Shown here piece by piece: positions 35,642-48,900 of a stretch of 64,000 bases of DNA. Position 1 is the first letter of the stretch; every line of letters begins with the position of its first letter. The translations under genes and the position numbers were made by a program. The notes beneath the pieces were generated by a model. That model ran no database searches. It had not been told where the DNA came from and saw nothing but the letters and a program-made list of their open reading frames with translations. The DNA comes from Lepidodermella squamata (Eukaryota > Animalia > Gastrotricha): assembly GCA_047495785.1 (NCBI GenBank), contig JBLDXI010000003.1, positions 1,054,001-1,118,000 on the forward strand, written 5' to 3'.

Positions 35642-38600
35642 TCACAAATAAAAGGAAGGTCTGTTTGCAGTTGCACCATGGTAGGCACGATCTTGACGAT
35701 CAGCTGAATCCAGCCGAGCTGGTACTGGAATTCCAGGTATACTAGCTCCGGGCGGATTGTTCTCCTCAGGGTAGCCGAGAATGCGTCTCAAACGCAGTAT
35801 TTCGTCCTTATACTTGGCCAAATGACTATCGATGTACATCTGAGCTTCGCGAAGTTGCTCCTCCAGGACGGCGCATCTTGCAACCAACCTCGCGCGCTCT
35901 TCTTCCAACTCCTTTTGGGTGTTCAAGGTGAATTCTCGCAATTGACGCTGTAACGTAGGCCAGGATTGATACGGAACTCCACCTTCGCCGCTACTAAATC
36001 ATAAGCTATAAAACTGGCTTGGAATGATAGTGAAACTTACCCTAACATCCTTCCATCGATCTCCCCTCCTGCATCTACGATTTTCATCTTGAGGCGAATC
36101 TTTTCTAATTCAGCTTTGGTCCTCGCCAGCTCATCAGACATCCGTGCATTATCTCTCGCATGTTGCGACTGCAACTCAGCGTCCGAGATTATCATAGACG
36201 TCTCATCTGGACCTAGGTCCAGCCCATCGATGTTCTTATCAGCTAACTGCTGCCTCAAGTTGCGATAGGCAACCAGAAGAGCTTCGTGTTGCCTAACCAT
36301 GTTAATCGTACGCTGTTTGAACTCCTGAGCAGCTCTGCTCAGCTGATCTTCCCTTGTTAAATGTGATTGCTGTAGGTCATGAAGCATTCCCTTAACGTAA
36401 CGGCGAAGTTCAGCCGCAGCTCTTTGTCGATCGGCTAAAGGTAGCCCCGAACCTTTGTCTACGTAAGCTGAGATGTCATTTATGTAAGAAACTAGACGCT
36501 GTTGGTACTCGGCATTCAAATCTTTGAGCTTATGCTGCAAACGATTGAATTGCTGTTGTAGGGAATCGCGCTCTGACCTGCAGCTGATGTATTGCTAAAA
36601 GAAATATGATTTGAATTTGATAACATTAGAGACTAGCTTGTCATACCGCATTTAGAACGGAAAGCTCGTGTTGTTTGTCGCGGAGCATTTTCCTAGCATC
36701 CATTACTTCTTTTCGAAGTTGGCCTAAACGATCTTCCCATTTCAGTTGCTGTTCGCTCCATTCTTTACGAATAGTTTCAACCTCCATCTTGTATCTTTGA
36801 TGGCCAGTGAAAATGATCTGTTCAAGCGCAATTCGATCCTCCTTCGCGTTAGAAAGCTGCTCAGGTTTGACCTTGTTACCGGAAAGTGCCGCAATAAGGT
36901 CTGATGTTCGCTTCAGATCCGCTGAGATCTTACCAGCCCCGCCATCAACCTCGCCTATCGATAGGAAATACTCACGTGTTATCGCTGCTTTAGCCTGGGC
37001 AGCGTTGTAGAATTCAACGCAAAGCTGCTCGTTATTTTTCGCCAGCCGCTCGACATCTTTACTCAGCTGAACGTAGTTTTGCTTCAGATTCACGTATTCA
37101 TCGGCTAATTCTTTCTTGTCAACCTCGAGATGTCGCGCTAGTTCTTTGTAATGGTCAACTTCTTTACGCAGAAGTTCCATTTTCGCCTCGTTTTCGACGG
37201 CTTGATTTTCCAGCGTCAGAATTTTGTTCATAAGCTGGAACCTGACGCCCTCCAATTTCTCCTCAAGCTTGTTATTCTCCATCTGCATATCAACCAAAGC
37301 CTGGGAAGCTTTCAATTTCTCCTCCTCAAGTAGCAGAAGTTGCGTTGACATGTCAGTCTTGGCTGTCGATAGGTAGCCATACGTGTTTTGAAGCTCTTCC
37401 ATTCGATTAAATAAGAACTCGTTTCGATCGCGAAGCTCAACGTTTTCTGCTTGAAATCGCTTCAAATCCGAAATCACGTCTCGCGTTGGATCGCCTATAC
37501 CACCTATTCCATCAACGCCCATGCCAGTGCCGGCTTTAGGTCCTGAAATGAATTGCCGAAATTGCTGATGAATCGATCGCCAAACGCATTGAAGATTCTA
37601 CATCAAAAATTATAGGGAACCAAGTTTAAGATTGATGCAAGCTTACATATGCGTTATCTGTATTGCAGATCGGGAAAGTTCTTAGCCCACCAAATCTCTG
37701 AGCAGCTTCGATTTCAACATCCAACACTTTGCTGTCGATATTTCTCGGAAAGCAGAATACGCTAACATTGCGACAGTTGGCCGAAATCTCATCTCGCAAA
37801 ACGCTTGTCAAATGATTTGCTGAATAGTCAAGTGATACGTTTGCAGGGTGGTTTCCGGCGAGTTCAGCCACACATCTGACCAATTGGGGCAGTGGGCTTG
37901 AGACACTGGTTCGCACTCCTGGGACCAGCAACTCGACCCCGGGTAGATAGATCAATCTGAGCCGACTTCGGTGAAGTCTGATTTGGCTTTCGCTGTCTCC
38001 GGCTTCAGGGCCAGGCTGCCTCCTGAGGCGATTGAGTTCAAACTGGATCATAACAGCTCCAGTATCAGGCATGGAAGCTGCTTGCGCAGGAGGAACGCTA
38101 TGGCGAGTTCGAGCTTTCCAGCCGTTTCGCAGCTCTCGCAATGCATCGCTAGCACTCTGAACTTGGCAATCTTTCAATCCAAGAACGAATGGACCTTTAT
38201 CAACCGCCTCGGACATCTCTGGTCGATTGTTAGTCTCCAACAGATCTCTGATAGTATCATTTGTGAACTCAGTCATCTCGAGAAATATTTCCGCTCTGGT
38301 GCTCTGATTTGTGTACGAAACTGCCTCTTTGACTTCTTTACCGATTTTGTCGAATATTTTTTCCGCCATTAAAGACAAGAAAGACGTCTTTTGGGCATCT
38401 GTTCCCGCAATCAATTCGTCAGAAACTGGGTTTGAGGGTGTGAAGAAAAATAGCACGCCGTTGTATCCATCGATAAAGTCGTCGATCATCGGCAACAGCG
38501 ATACATTGAATACATCTTTCACAGTGTTTTGAAATAGTTTGGCGAACCTAAGCGACAGATATGGTAGATAGTTACGAAGATAGTTTCACGCCTATTAATG

Positions 38601-38729
38601 TCCAACTTACTTGAAATAAGAATTGCTCGAATAAATTGTATTTTGTTCAACGCGCATCGCTGTTCGCTCTTGTGGATTTCCAACAACAACTGCGAACACA
38701 TCGCTGTTTGTACCTGATGGTAACATCAT
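35642..38729 (-). CDS. CCDC78: Degenerate kinesin-like domain fused to CCDC78/DUF4472 coiled coil, about 958 aa (exons 38729-38611, 38547-37647, 37597-36647, 36594-36041, 35993-35642)
   Basis: Kinesin remnants (PMIDDFIDGYNG, IRDLL, GPFVLGL, HLTSVLRDEI) spliced in frame to EEEKLKASQALVDMQMENNKLEE and REFTLNTQKELEEERARL, both characteristic of CCDC78. Confidence 0.75.
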
Positions 38730-38942
38730 CTAAAAGAAAAAAATTGTTGGTTTTAGTGCATGGATTATTAACTTTATTCGTTGAATCCATCGAACATCAC
38801 ATAACCGATTGCGAAATGGCAACAAAAATAATCATTTTTGAACAAGTGGATCGATCGAAAATATGTTTATTGGTTTCTGGTTAGGCCTAGAACAAATTTA
38901 CAGGCAATCAGGTGCAATTAATCTCCCCGCTGAATATTATGA

Positions 38943-39728
38943 TCATTTGCTGCCGCCTTTCTTATCATTTTGAACCGTGGTCCATTTCTTGGCTTGCTGC
39001 TCACGGATAAAGAAAGACTCGCGCCATCTGGTGAACTCATCGGCCTTGTATTTGTAGCGTTCCAGGTTCTTAGCCTCTTGCGAGTCTGGCCGTGGTGCCG
39101 TTTCGGCGGCCTTCTTGAACACCTCATTGGTGTAAGTGCTCTTTTCAGTACCAAAGGTTTGGTCCCATGCGTATCCGGGAAAAGTGTTCGATCGCAGCGC
39201 GCTGCTCAGCTCGTAGTAAATAGCGTCTCCGTGCGGTATTTTGACAAGATCGGTAGCTTTAACTTTAGTCACGAGTTCAGTTTTCCTTTGCTTCTGACGT
39301 TCCATCTCATTTTCGGCCGCAGATAATTTGACTTTCTCGGCATCTGACATTAAATCTTTGATTTGATTCGTCCTGAAAGCATGCTCAATATTTTTTGGCA
39401 CTTCAATGCCGCCAAATGAGTCAGGTTGTGGGCATTCGCATGTAGCGTGCTTATTTTTTAAGCGATGATGAATTTCCTGCGGAAAGCTTGCATAGCAATC
39501 ATGATCCTTAGCGTCTTTGATTTGATTCAACTGCTGCTTCAATTCGCCAAGGCGCTCATCGATGGCTTCCCGTTCTTCTGCAGCTCTGTTAGAGAAAGTG
39601 TCGACAGCTTCTCCGGTCGCATTGGCGTACGCTGCTCGATTTTGCGAGTTTTTTATCTGCTCATCCATGTCAGCTACTTTTTGCCTCTGCTTCTGAAGCC
39701 TCGATTCCGTCTTTTTCATAGCAGACAT
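38943..39728 (-). CDS. TEX33 (CIMIP4)-like ciliary protein, intronless, 261 aa
   Basis: VPKNIEHAFRTNQIKDLMS and YYELSSALRSNTFPG...KSTYTNEV...KADEFTRW resemble the remembered TEX33 domain (LRSNLFPG, SYTPEV, KTDDLGRW). Confidence 0.6.
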   Translation of the reverse strand: MSAMKKTESRLQKQRQKVADMDEQIKNSQNRAAYANATGEAVDTFSNRAAEEREAIDERLGELKQQLNQIKDAKDHDCYASFPQEIHHRLKNKHATCECPQPDSFGGIEVPKNIEHAFRTNQIKDLMSDAEKVKLSAAENEMERQKQRKTELVTKVKATDLVKIPHGDAIYYELSSALRSNTFPGYAWDQTFGTEKSTYTNEVFKKAAETAPRPDSQEAKNLERYKYKADEFTRWRESFFIREQQAKKWTTVQNDKKGGSK

Positions 39729-40343
39729 TATTGGTCAATCGTCAAGCGGATTAATTATAAAAGAAAGTAACAATAGACTGTCGATTTCACGAAGCTTCAC
39801 GTTTTAGCAGGAACAGAGAGGACAAGCATGCATTATTGTCATGACAACAAAAAATTATGAACTGCTAAAATAAATTAAATTAATAACAGGTTTTGATAAT
39901 AAGATGTAACATATGTCATGTTTTGTTAGCATGCAAAAAGTAGGCGGCGAATCCGTCATCTGTTCAGAATCGGTTGCTCGACATTTTCTGGTACACCTTT
40001 CTCGCAACGCAATGTCTAGGCTTGAGGCTCATGTCAAAACCGTTCGGCAGGGTGTTGGTGAAACGATAACTTTGAACCTTCGAGGCAGATCATGGATCTA
40101 ATTTCATGCGATCCGTATGGCGCCAGAATAGCGCCGAACTTGTCTTTGGCAATCATGTTAGATCTTCCTACACTCACGCTTCAGAGCGACTTATAACTTA
40201 TAAACTTGATGCTTGATGCGTAAAACCGTGTTACTTTCCTCAGAGATGCCTGGCTCTATGCTCTACGCCGTGCTTATTTTTATTAAATTTAGGATTCTTA
40301 AAGCAATGGATTGAGCTAAAATATTCGCCGTTTAACTTCCAAA

Positions 40344-43300
40344 ATGAATCCAGCACCTGAAGATATTGTCCATCAAACCGAGAACTTCTTGAAGCATCTC
40401 CTGGAAAGTCGCAATGGTCTGTTGAGTTAATGAGGGCTCAGTAATTTTTATTTTTTCTGTGTTTTAGAGAATCAGGAGAATCTCGGCGAGGAATCGTTCG
40501 CTATTTTGAGGGGCGTTAAGCAGTTGGCTGAAAACTGCATGACAGAGAAACAGCATGCTGCCGCTGTTCAGCTACACGTCGAACAACTAGAGAAAATAAT
40601 TGTTCGTTTACGCAACGAGCGAGAGTCTCCTGCTCGCTCGCCCGGTACTAATGGCCGCGGAAAAGTTACGGTGCTGGAGGCTGAGATGGAAACGCTGCAA
40701 ATGCAGCTCGATGAAGCCAACGAAAAAGTATTTCCATCTAAACGATAAACTCAGCGTTTCTTATTTTATCATATTCAAGATTTTAATTCTGTCTGGTGCT
40801 CTTGAAGAGAAAGATGGCGTTATAATTCAACTCCAGGAAGAATTGGAAAAGCGTACTTCTGAACTCGATACCTCATGCCAAGCTTTACTTGCGCTTCAAG
40901 AAAATCTTACTGCTGCTGATTCTGCTGTAACTGGTCTCGATGCTCAACTAAGAGACGCTCTCCAAGCAAATGAGTCACTTGTCGAGCAGATTCAATTTCT
41001 ACAGTCCTCTCATGAGAACGTTGACGTTAGGATCGAAGAACTTCAACAGGAAATCGCTCAAAAACAGGCGACCATTGAAGAACTTTCTCAAAATATTACT
41101 AGCGAGAATGCGTCTTTCCGCGACTTGTTGGAGCAATTCGATACTCACATGACCAGGTAATCTTCTGCCTTCAAACCTTTAAACTTTTGTTATTAATGCT
41201 TAATTTTAGTGGTTTCTCGATGTTTGGTGCCCATGTTTCTGATTCTATGACCAGTTTATCTAAGACCAACCTTCGCATTCTTAAATTAGAGGATTCTCTG
41301 CGATTCATTCGGCTTGGTCTTGCCAAGCGTGATGAAAAGATATCGCATTTGGTCTCCGAACTTGGAGAAAAAGAACACGCTCTGGAAACCGCGGTCAATG
41401 AAGCTAAATTATCTCAGCAATACCTGCTAGCGAGAACTGACGAATTGACCGAATTGAAGCATCGCGCTCAAGATCTAGAGGCTTCTTTATCTAAGCTGAA
41501 CATTCAAAAAGCCGAAGCTGATCTTGCTTTGATTGCGAAAGATGAAGAACTAGCGAAAACGTTAGCTATTTTAGAGGACGCTCAATCGAAATCGGTCATG
41601 TTATCTGAAGGATTCGAGACATTGAGTGAACAAGTTGAACGCTACAAAGATTTGAGCGACAAAATTCGCCATGAATTGGTCGCTGAACAGGCGAAGTCCA
41701 CTGAAAAAGCCGAGGAAATTGAGAAATTGCGTGCTAATCTTGCGGAATTCGGCGAAAGGTTACAAGATTACGAGCGGAAAATCGGCGAGGCAACGATGAA
41801 TGTCGATAACGAGTTGTCGGCCCGTGTTTCCGAGCTCGAGAAATCTCTCGATGAGAAAAATCGCGAGCTATCCCAGGTCAAGGTGGAATTCGAGTCTCAA
41901 GAAAGCAAGTATCGGAGTGAGATGGAGGTTCTGCAGCGAGAACTGGATACTTTCCAACAGCGTATCGTGGAAATGGACGAATTACTACCGAAATTACACT
42001 TCCAGTTAACCGAGGCTCATAACAGCAAAGTCGCTGCTGCCGAAAAGAGCGAAGAGTTGCAGAAATCGTTATCAGATAGTGAGGCTAAAATCGAGCAATT
42101 GCAATCTGACCTCGCGGAAAAATTGCGTAAGCTAACCGAAGCTGAGCACCAAATCGAAAAAACTCGACTCCTAACGCAGCAGTTAGTCGAAAGAGATGGT
42201 GAAATTGATGAATTGGGCGTAAAAATCGCCGCTCTCGAGAAAGACCTTGAAATCGCGAGAAATCAACTTAATAGTTCGCAATCCGACACTTCCGAGTTGA
42301 TTTCGGGTCTCGAAAAGTCGAAGCGTGATTTGGAGGTGCAATTGAATGAGGCTTTGGATAATATCCGGTCAAAGAATGCCGAAGTCGAGGAGATGACTTG
42401 GAAATTGGGCCGGGCTACTGATGAAGTCGAACGGCTTGAATTTGAGCTGGATAATTCGCGGAAATTTTCGGAAAGTGTGAGTGGGGAAGTCGAACGTCTT
42501 AAGAGTTCTTTGAATCAAACCGGTGAACTCGCTGTTTTGAACAATCAACTAAACGAGCAGCTTCACCAGTTGTCGCAACAAATTTCCGCTAATCAACAGG
42601 AAAAGGCCGCATTGGTTGAAAGGAGTAATTTCTTTGAGGCTGAATTATCGAAATCGCAGCAATTTGCTGAGGAATTGCGTCAAAAGCTCGAATATGAGTC
42701 GGAAAATTCGCGAAAATCCAAGGCGAAATTTGACCAGATGACTGAGGAGATTCTTACCTTGAATGACAAGATATCGGCTTTCGACGAGGAGAAATCTGCC
42801 ATGGTTGAAAGAGCTAATTATTTCGAAGCTGAGTTGTTGAAGTCGCGAAATTTCTGCGAGAAACTAGAATCAGATCTTCAAAATTCAGCGGCTGAAATCG
42901 ATCGCTTGAAGAGTTCTTTGAACCAGAGCGGGGATCTGAGCGTGCTGAATAATCAGTTGAATGGCAGAATTGCCGATCTAACGCAACAAATTTCCCATCT
43001 TCAGGAAGAAAAGTCGGCGTTGAGCAGCTTTTTCGAGCAAGACTTAGCGAAATCTCGGGGTGAAATCGAAAATTTGAATCGTAAACTCTCGGAATTATCG
43101 CAAAATCTAGAAAGTTCTCATCAGAGAAATCAATGGCTGGAAAATGAAGCTTCAAGTCTGCGGACTAGTTGCGAAGATTTGAGTCGCCGCCTTTCGGAAT
43201 CTTTCAACGAACATGTGAATTTGAAGCAATTTGTTGATCAAAATTCGAGAGAAATTACGGAAAATCGCCAGAAAATTGAATATTACGAGCGTGAGCGTAC

Positions 43301-45352
43301 TACGCTGTACGAGCAAAATCAATTTTTGACCGCTGAATTGTCGAAAATGGCGACTTTGATCTCGGCTTTTGGCCAATTCGTCGATTTGAAATTCTCTAAA
43401 ATTTGGGCAAAACTCGACGCGTTGGTTCAGCAGTTTTTCAGCCTGCAACAAAACGCCTCTGTTTTGATCGAATCACATCGATTTGTGGCTGTTACCCTCC
43501 AAGATGTGAAAGAGTTGGTAAGGAAGTGCCCTCTTTTGTTCCAAGATCTACTATCAACGATCCAACCAGCTATCGATAACCTTGAAAGCCGAGTTTCCAA
43601 CTGCCAGGGAGCTTTCACGAAACTCAGTGGTCGAATCAACTCGATACGGTCTGAAATTCGAAGTTTAGAGGTTGAAAGCCCGGCTGAGTTATCGAGCATT
43701 TCCAGCCAAACTTCTGGCGTTTTGGTCGAGATTTCCGAACTCGAATCGCTGCAAGATATTCTCGAGAAAAGAGATTCGGAAATTAACGATTTATCGGCGA
43801 AAATCAAGCAATTATCCCAGCGTCCGAAACGATTTGAGGCCGACTGCCAAACTGAACCAGTTTTTGATACACTTGAGCAAGAAATCAAAAGTCGCGACGA
43901 GCAACTCGAATATTTCGCCCAGGAAATTAGGCGGTTGCAGGAAAATGAGCAAAAGATCAGAATTGAGAGTGAAAATCTAGTGAAATCGAGCCAAAAATCG
44001 AAAAAAGCTGAGAAGGAAATTGACAAATTGAAACTCGCGGTATCCGAGGCTGAAAATCGGTCCGCCTATTTCGAGCAGCAGTTTCAAAGCGCAAGTCAGC
44101 AGCTATTGGAGCTGAATGAGGAGGTGCGATCGCATCGAGAAGCGGCGAAACGGGCTGAAAGGCGGTTCCAGGAAGCCGATCAAGCTGCGAAATCGATGGC
44201 GCAAGATTCGCAAAACATGGCGGCGATTGTTGCGCAGTTACGCGAGAAATTGAAGTTGAGTGATGAGAAATTCGCCGCGGCTGAGCTGGCGAAGGCGCAA
44301 TTAGCGACGCAGTTACAGGCTGTTCAAGCGACTTTTGCGAATTTGCCTAGCCCGGAGCAAAGTGCTGAAATTGCGGCCGAGTGCGATCGGTTGAAAAATA
44401 AGGTAATACCAATTTTTGAAAAATTAATTCATGATTCATGATTTAAAAAATTGAGATAGAATGCATTTTATCCATTTTCAGACAAAATCTTAATCCGAAT
44501 TTGTATTGATTTTACGAAAAAAATCTGAAAAAATGATTTTTCGTGGGAATTTTTATAATATTCAAATTGAATGCTTTGCTGTACAATTTCTTTGTAATTT
44601 TTGTATTTTTTTCAGGTAAAATTCATGACCGATCAATTTGAGCTGGCCGTAAGTCGTTCGGCGCTACTCGAGCGTAACTTGAACGAAAAAGAGGCGCAAT
44701 GTGAGCGGCTGACCCGCGAACTAGGCTCCGAACGTCAGCGGCTATTGGTTTTCGAAAAGGAATCAACCCCGCCGTCGAGTGGCATGCAAACACCAACTCG
44801 CGAGTCGTCGCCCTTCAATTCATCGAGTCACACTCGGGTGGATTTGCGAAATGTTCTCGAGGCCTTGCCTGCTCCGGTTAAGCGAGCCGTCGAACGCGTG
44901 AAACGATCTCGAGCCGCTGCTGTCACTATGTCGGCTAGTCAGCGGTTTCAAAATATTGTCGAGCAATCTCCGGTTGGAAGTGCCGTTAAAAGAGTAATTT
45001 TTAGAATGAATTTTCAGAATTTATTGAATATTTCGATTCTTTTTATTTTCAAATTTGTTTGGTCTATTTTATCGGCTAAATTCGATTTTTCAAAAATTAT
45101 TTGCTTTTTTTACTTTATTATTAATTTTTTGAATTTTAGATATCGATTCGGGCTCGTCATGGTATAATGAATCGAATGTCTCCCGGCAATTTGCAGTTCA
45201 TCGTTACCGCCTACGTGCTATTCCTGCATTTGTTGACGCTTTTCTACATGATGACGTGCTACGGCCCGCCTCTACACGTCCCGATGGCCGCCCCATCTGT
45301 CGATAATAACGCTCCACCGCCTCACCTCAATAACGACCCTCAAGACATGTAG
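40344..45352 (+). CDS. Large coiled-coil, C-terminally membrane-anchored golgin-like protein (about 6 exons)
   Basis: More than 1000 aa of heptad-rich sequence. Single C-terminal TM FIVTAYVLFLHLLTLFYMM with the YxxxLH motif of golgin-84/giantin/CASP anchors. Confidence 0.7.
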
Positions 45353-45943
45353 CGTTTCTAAATTAATTAATTAAATTTATTCAATAACTAATAATTATGA
45401 AAAATGGTATTATTTACCCGGCGATATGATGATGATACCCTGTTGTGTCTTTCTTTTCTCTTTCCCTTCGCGAAATATTGGAAACAAACGCAGTGTGACT
45501 TTGACCACCAACCTGGTGCTGTTAGATCGCTCTCAAACGATGGCGAGCTAAAACCTGTGAGAATATGTTTTTTTTGCTTTGTGAAAAGGGCCGACGCACG
45601 CTTTTTTCATGAGAGATGCTGAAATTCAAAATATTTACTAATAATTATAATAATAACTACTAACCGGTTTGCTCACGCTATTAAAGGCTGCCATAAGAGA
45701 AAAGTCATTATTGGGAAGAAGAGGAGATTTAAGGGGAAATTCAAATTTTTGAGTTTTCTCTTATGGTGGCTGAAGAATTTACTGGTGAAAAGGTCTCTCA
45801 TATCTTGGTTCAAAGGGCTTCTATTCGCACTGAGAAACATTGAAAAAAAAACATAATTTAAAATGTTTGGAATTTTTCGTGAATTTTTAGATTTTCTTGC
45901 CACTATTTGATACAACGAAAATTGGCTACCGCAAATCAATCGC

Positions 45944-48900
45944 ATGTCGTCGGAGCACAGCCGTTTCGCGTTCAAGCGCAACGTGACTGCCCTGCTGACG
46001 TTCGAGAAGCTAGATGTCGGCAAATCAGCGGTTGGCGAGGGTGATAATGTGTTTCAGAATCTATGGCTAGGCTGTACGATCGCCGCATTCAGCAACATTG
46101 TCATCGCAGCGGGGCTGAACGTTCAGAAATACACGCATATGAAGCTGACGGCTCAGCAAAATGCGACGATGATTTCAGCCGCGGAACAGCAGAACAGGAC
46201 CCCTGTTGGTGCTAGTGCCAGTGCGTGTGCCGAGAACGCTAACACGAGTGCGGTTTCATTGAAGTACTACCGATTTCCGCTGTGGTGGTTCGGCATTTTG
46301 CTGTTGGTTATGGGCGAAATGGGCAATTTTGTGGCGTATGGCGTTGCGCCAGCGTCGGCTATCGCACCGCTCGGTATCACGTGCGTCATAGCGAATGTTG
46401 GCATTGCGAAGATTTTCCTCAAAGAAACGCTCCGAGTTTCTACTCTTGTCGGTTAGTTTTTTGCTGTGCATTTTAGTGGAGTAAAGTATCAAGAATTATT
46501 CAAAACTTTGCTTTACAAACTTCAAAATTGAATTGATTGCATTTTGGGCTTGAAAATATTTCAAGGGGTCTTAGCGGAAACCAAATATTGGAATTTTCAA
46601 CGGGCGTAAAACCATTTTTCGAAACTTTCAAGGATTCCATGATTGATTCAATTGAAAATTCAAAATAGGTACATCATATCTAAATTCAGCGTGAAATTCG
46701 TTGTAAGACGCATTCTTCACTTTAGAATTCAGCATTGCCTTAATTTCTTTGAGTCAATAGATAATATGAGGCATGTTTTTTTTAGGGGTTTCATCCGACT
46801 TGTTTCATCCGACAACCAAAAATGAGACTTGCCGACATGCTTTCTCATATTTTCAAAAACTCACAGTAAAAAAATCGGATCGTCATAAATCTTTCACCAT
46901 GAAATTCTACCGGTTCAGGGGCCAAAATAGGGTGCATTAAAGGGAAAATCGAACTCGAAAAAAATGACTTTCGTCGCATTTTTGGTTGTCGGATGAAATA
47001 AGACATTGGTCGGATAAAAAAGGCACTGTTCGGATGAAAAAAGTCACACCCTATTTTTAGGACTGTGAGTACGAGATGTCTTCAAATTAGGAAATTTTAA
47101 AATATTAGCTAAAAAATTTCACGAAGAAATGAGCCGTATGCATAAGAAAATGAACTAAAATTAAGGAATTTTGTTATGCAAATGGCATATTCCCCATTTT
47201 ATCGTAAATTCAATATCTGACCGAATTTTTCTTTATTTGTTAATCATTTAATTTTCATTTTAGGAAGCTTTATCGGAGTGTGCGGTGCTGTTCTACTGGT
47301 ACTTTTCATCGCGAAAGAGAACGATACGATTCTTGATCCGCGAGGCGTCCAAGACGCCGTCACCCAACCTTATTTTGTGCTTTATTTGGTATGAAATGCC
47401 ACTTATCGATTACCAATAGTCAACTCTCTTTGTTTAATTTGCTCACAGACCGGCCTAGCCGTCGCAATGGTTGTGCTTTTCCTGCTCTACTACGTGCAAC
47501 GAAACAAGTCTCTACTGGTTATCCTATTCATTGCCAATATTTTAGGTAATAAAAATGAAATTTATACAGCTTTTTATATGAATTTATTGTGTTCAATTTT
47601 CAGCCGCTATTACCGTCATTTCGGCGAAGGCTGTTTCCGGATTCGCGGTTCTGTTCCTACGCGGCTCGCTTTCCCTCCTGGGCCTACTCACTCAGCCCGT
47701 TTTATTCTTCCTGATTTCATGTGTTATCCTGACCGGCATCACTCAAGTCAAGTAAGTTTCGCAATTTACTGGAAAAGTTTGATAATATTCAATGGAGTCG
47801 TGTGGCGCAGGTTCTTATTTTTTTAACGAAAATTGCCACCACCTATAATCTTCTGGTTGTTTTCACTTGATGTCCAATGAAAATAAACATGAATAGCTTT
47901 GTAAGGGTTTCAGTCAGCGCTTGGGGTAGATTGACACTTTGGTTGGCTATCAAAATTTTCGCGTAGGAGTAGTAGAAATAAGGTACATAGCCAGCATAAG
48001 AATCGACCTAATGTTGTGTTTAATAAATTTCGCGTTTAGCTTATGAATAGCACCTGCTCTCAGTCGATTCCGCTTCTTTATTCGCGCATGCATAAATTGA
48101 CAGTTGATCAGCTGCCTTGAATTACCACCAATGTTTTAGGTATAGTTTTAGTTATAGCTTTGATGAATGCTGTTCATTCGAATAGTAAGCAATTTAGATA
48201 ACGACAGAGCAGAAGAACAGAGGAAGGAAAAGAGAAGTCTGCACTTACCTGGGTTTACTAATTAATCGATATAAGGAGAAAAGAATGATCCATTTGAACT
48301 ACCTGATTCTGGTTTTTCATTTGGATTGAATATTTGATCGTGAATGAGCGCCATTGTCTAATCTTGTGTGAACTAGCTTGCGTTTTCTACCATTGTTACT
48401 GGAAACTGGAAATAATTGACATGTGCTTCTGGGTAAGACTCACACCTCACCGGTGTGATAGCGGACTTGGGTCTTATTGTGCTGACTACGCTCGCTCGAC
48501 TTTAACGAAAGATCTGAATCATAGGCTTCCTGATCTTGAAAGGTTCCACTTATTGCAGAAACGCAAGTCTCAAATGCGTTAAATTCACTCAATATGTAAT
48601 TCCATCACTCTCATCAATCATTTCATTTCTCTGCATGACTGTTACCTATAGATGATGGTTAATGCTTGGTTAGGAATGGGTCTATCTCTGTCACGATTTC
48701 TCAATCTGAAGCAAGTCAAAGCTTGAAATTTCGTCCCAGTCAAATTAGATTTAGGCTTCTTTAGTTGTCGATGACTTTTGGGTCGGTGAATACATTTGCA
48801 GGGTTACTGGCGTTACCAACTAAAACCCCTTTCAAATTCGAATAGTGCTGCAAATGTACCGAACAGTTTCGGCAGTGGATCCAGAGTTGAAAGAAACAGT

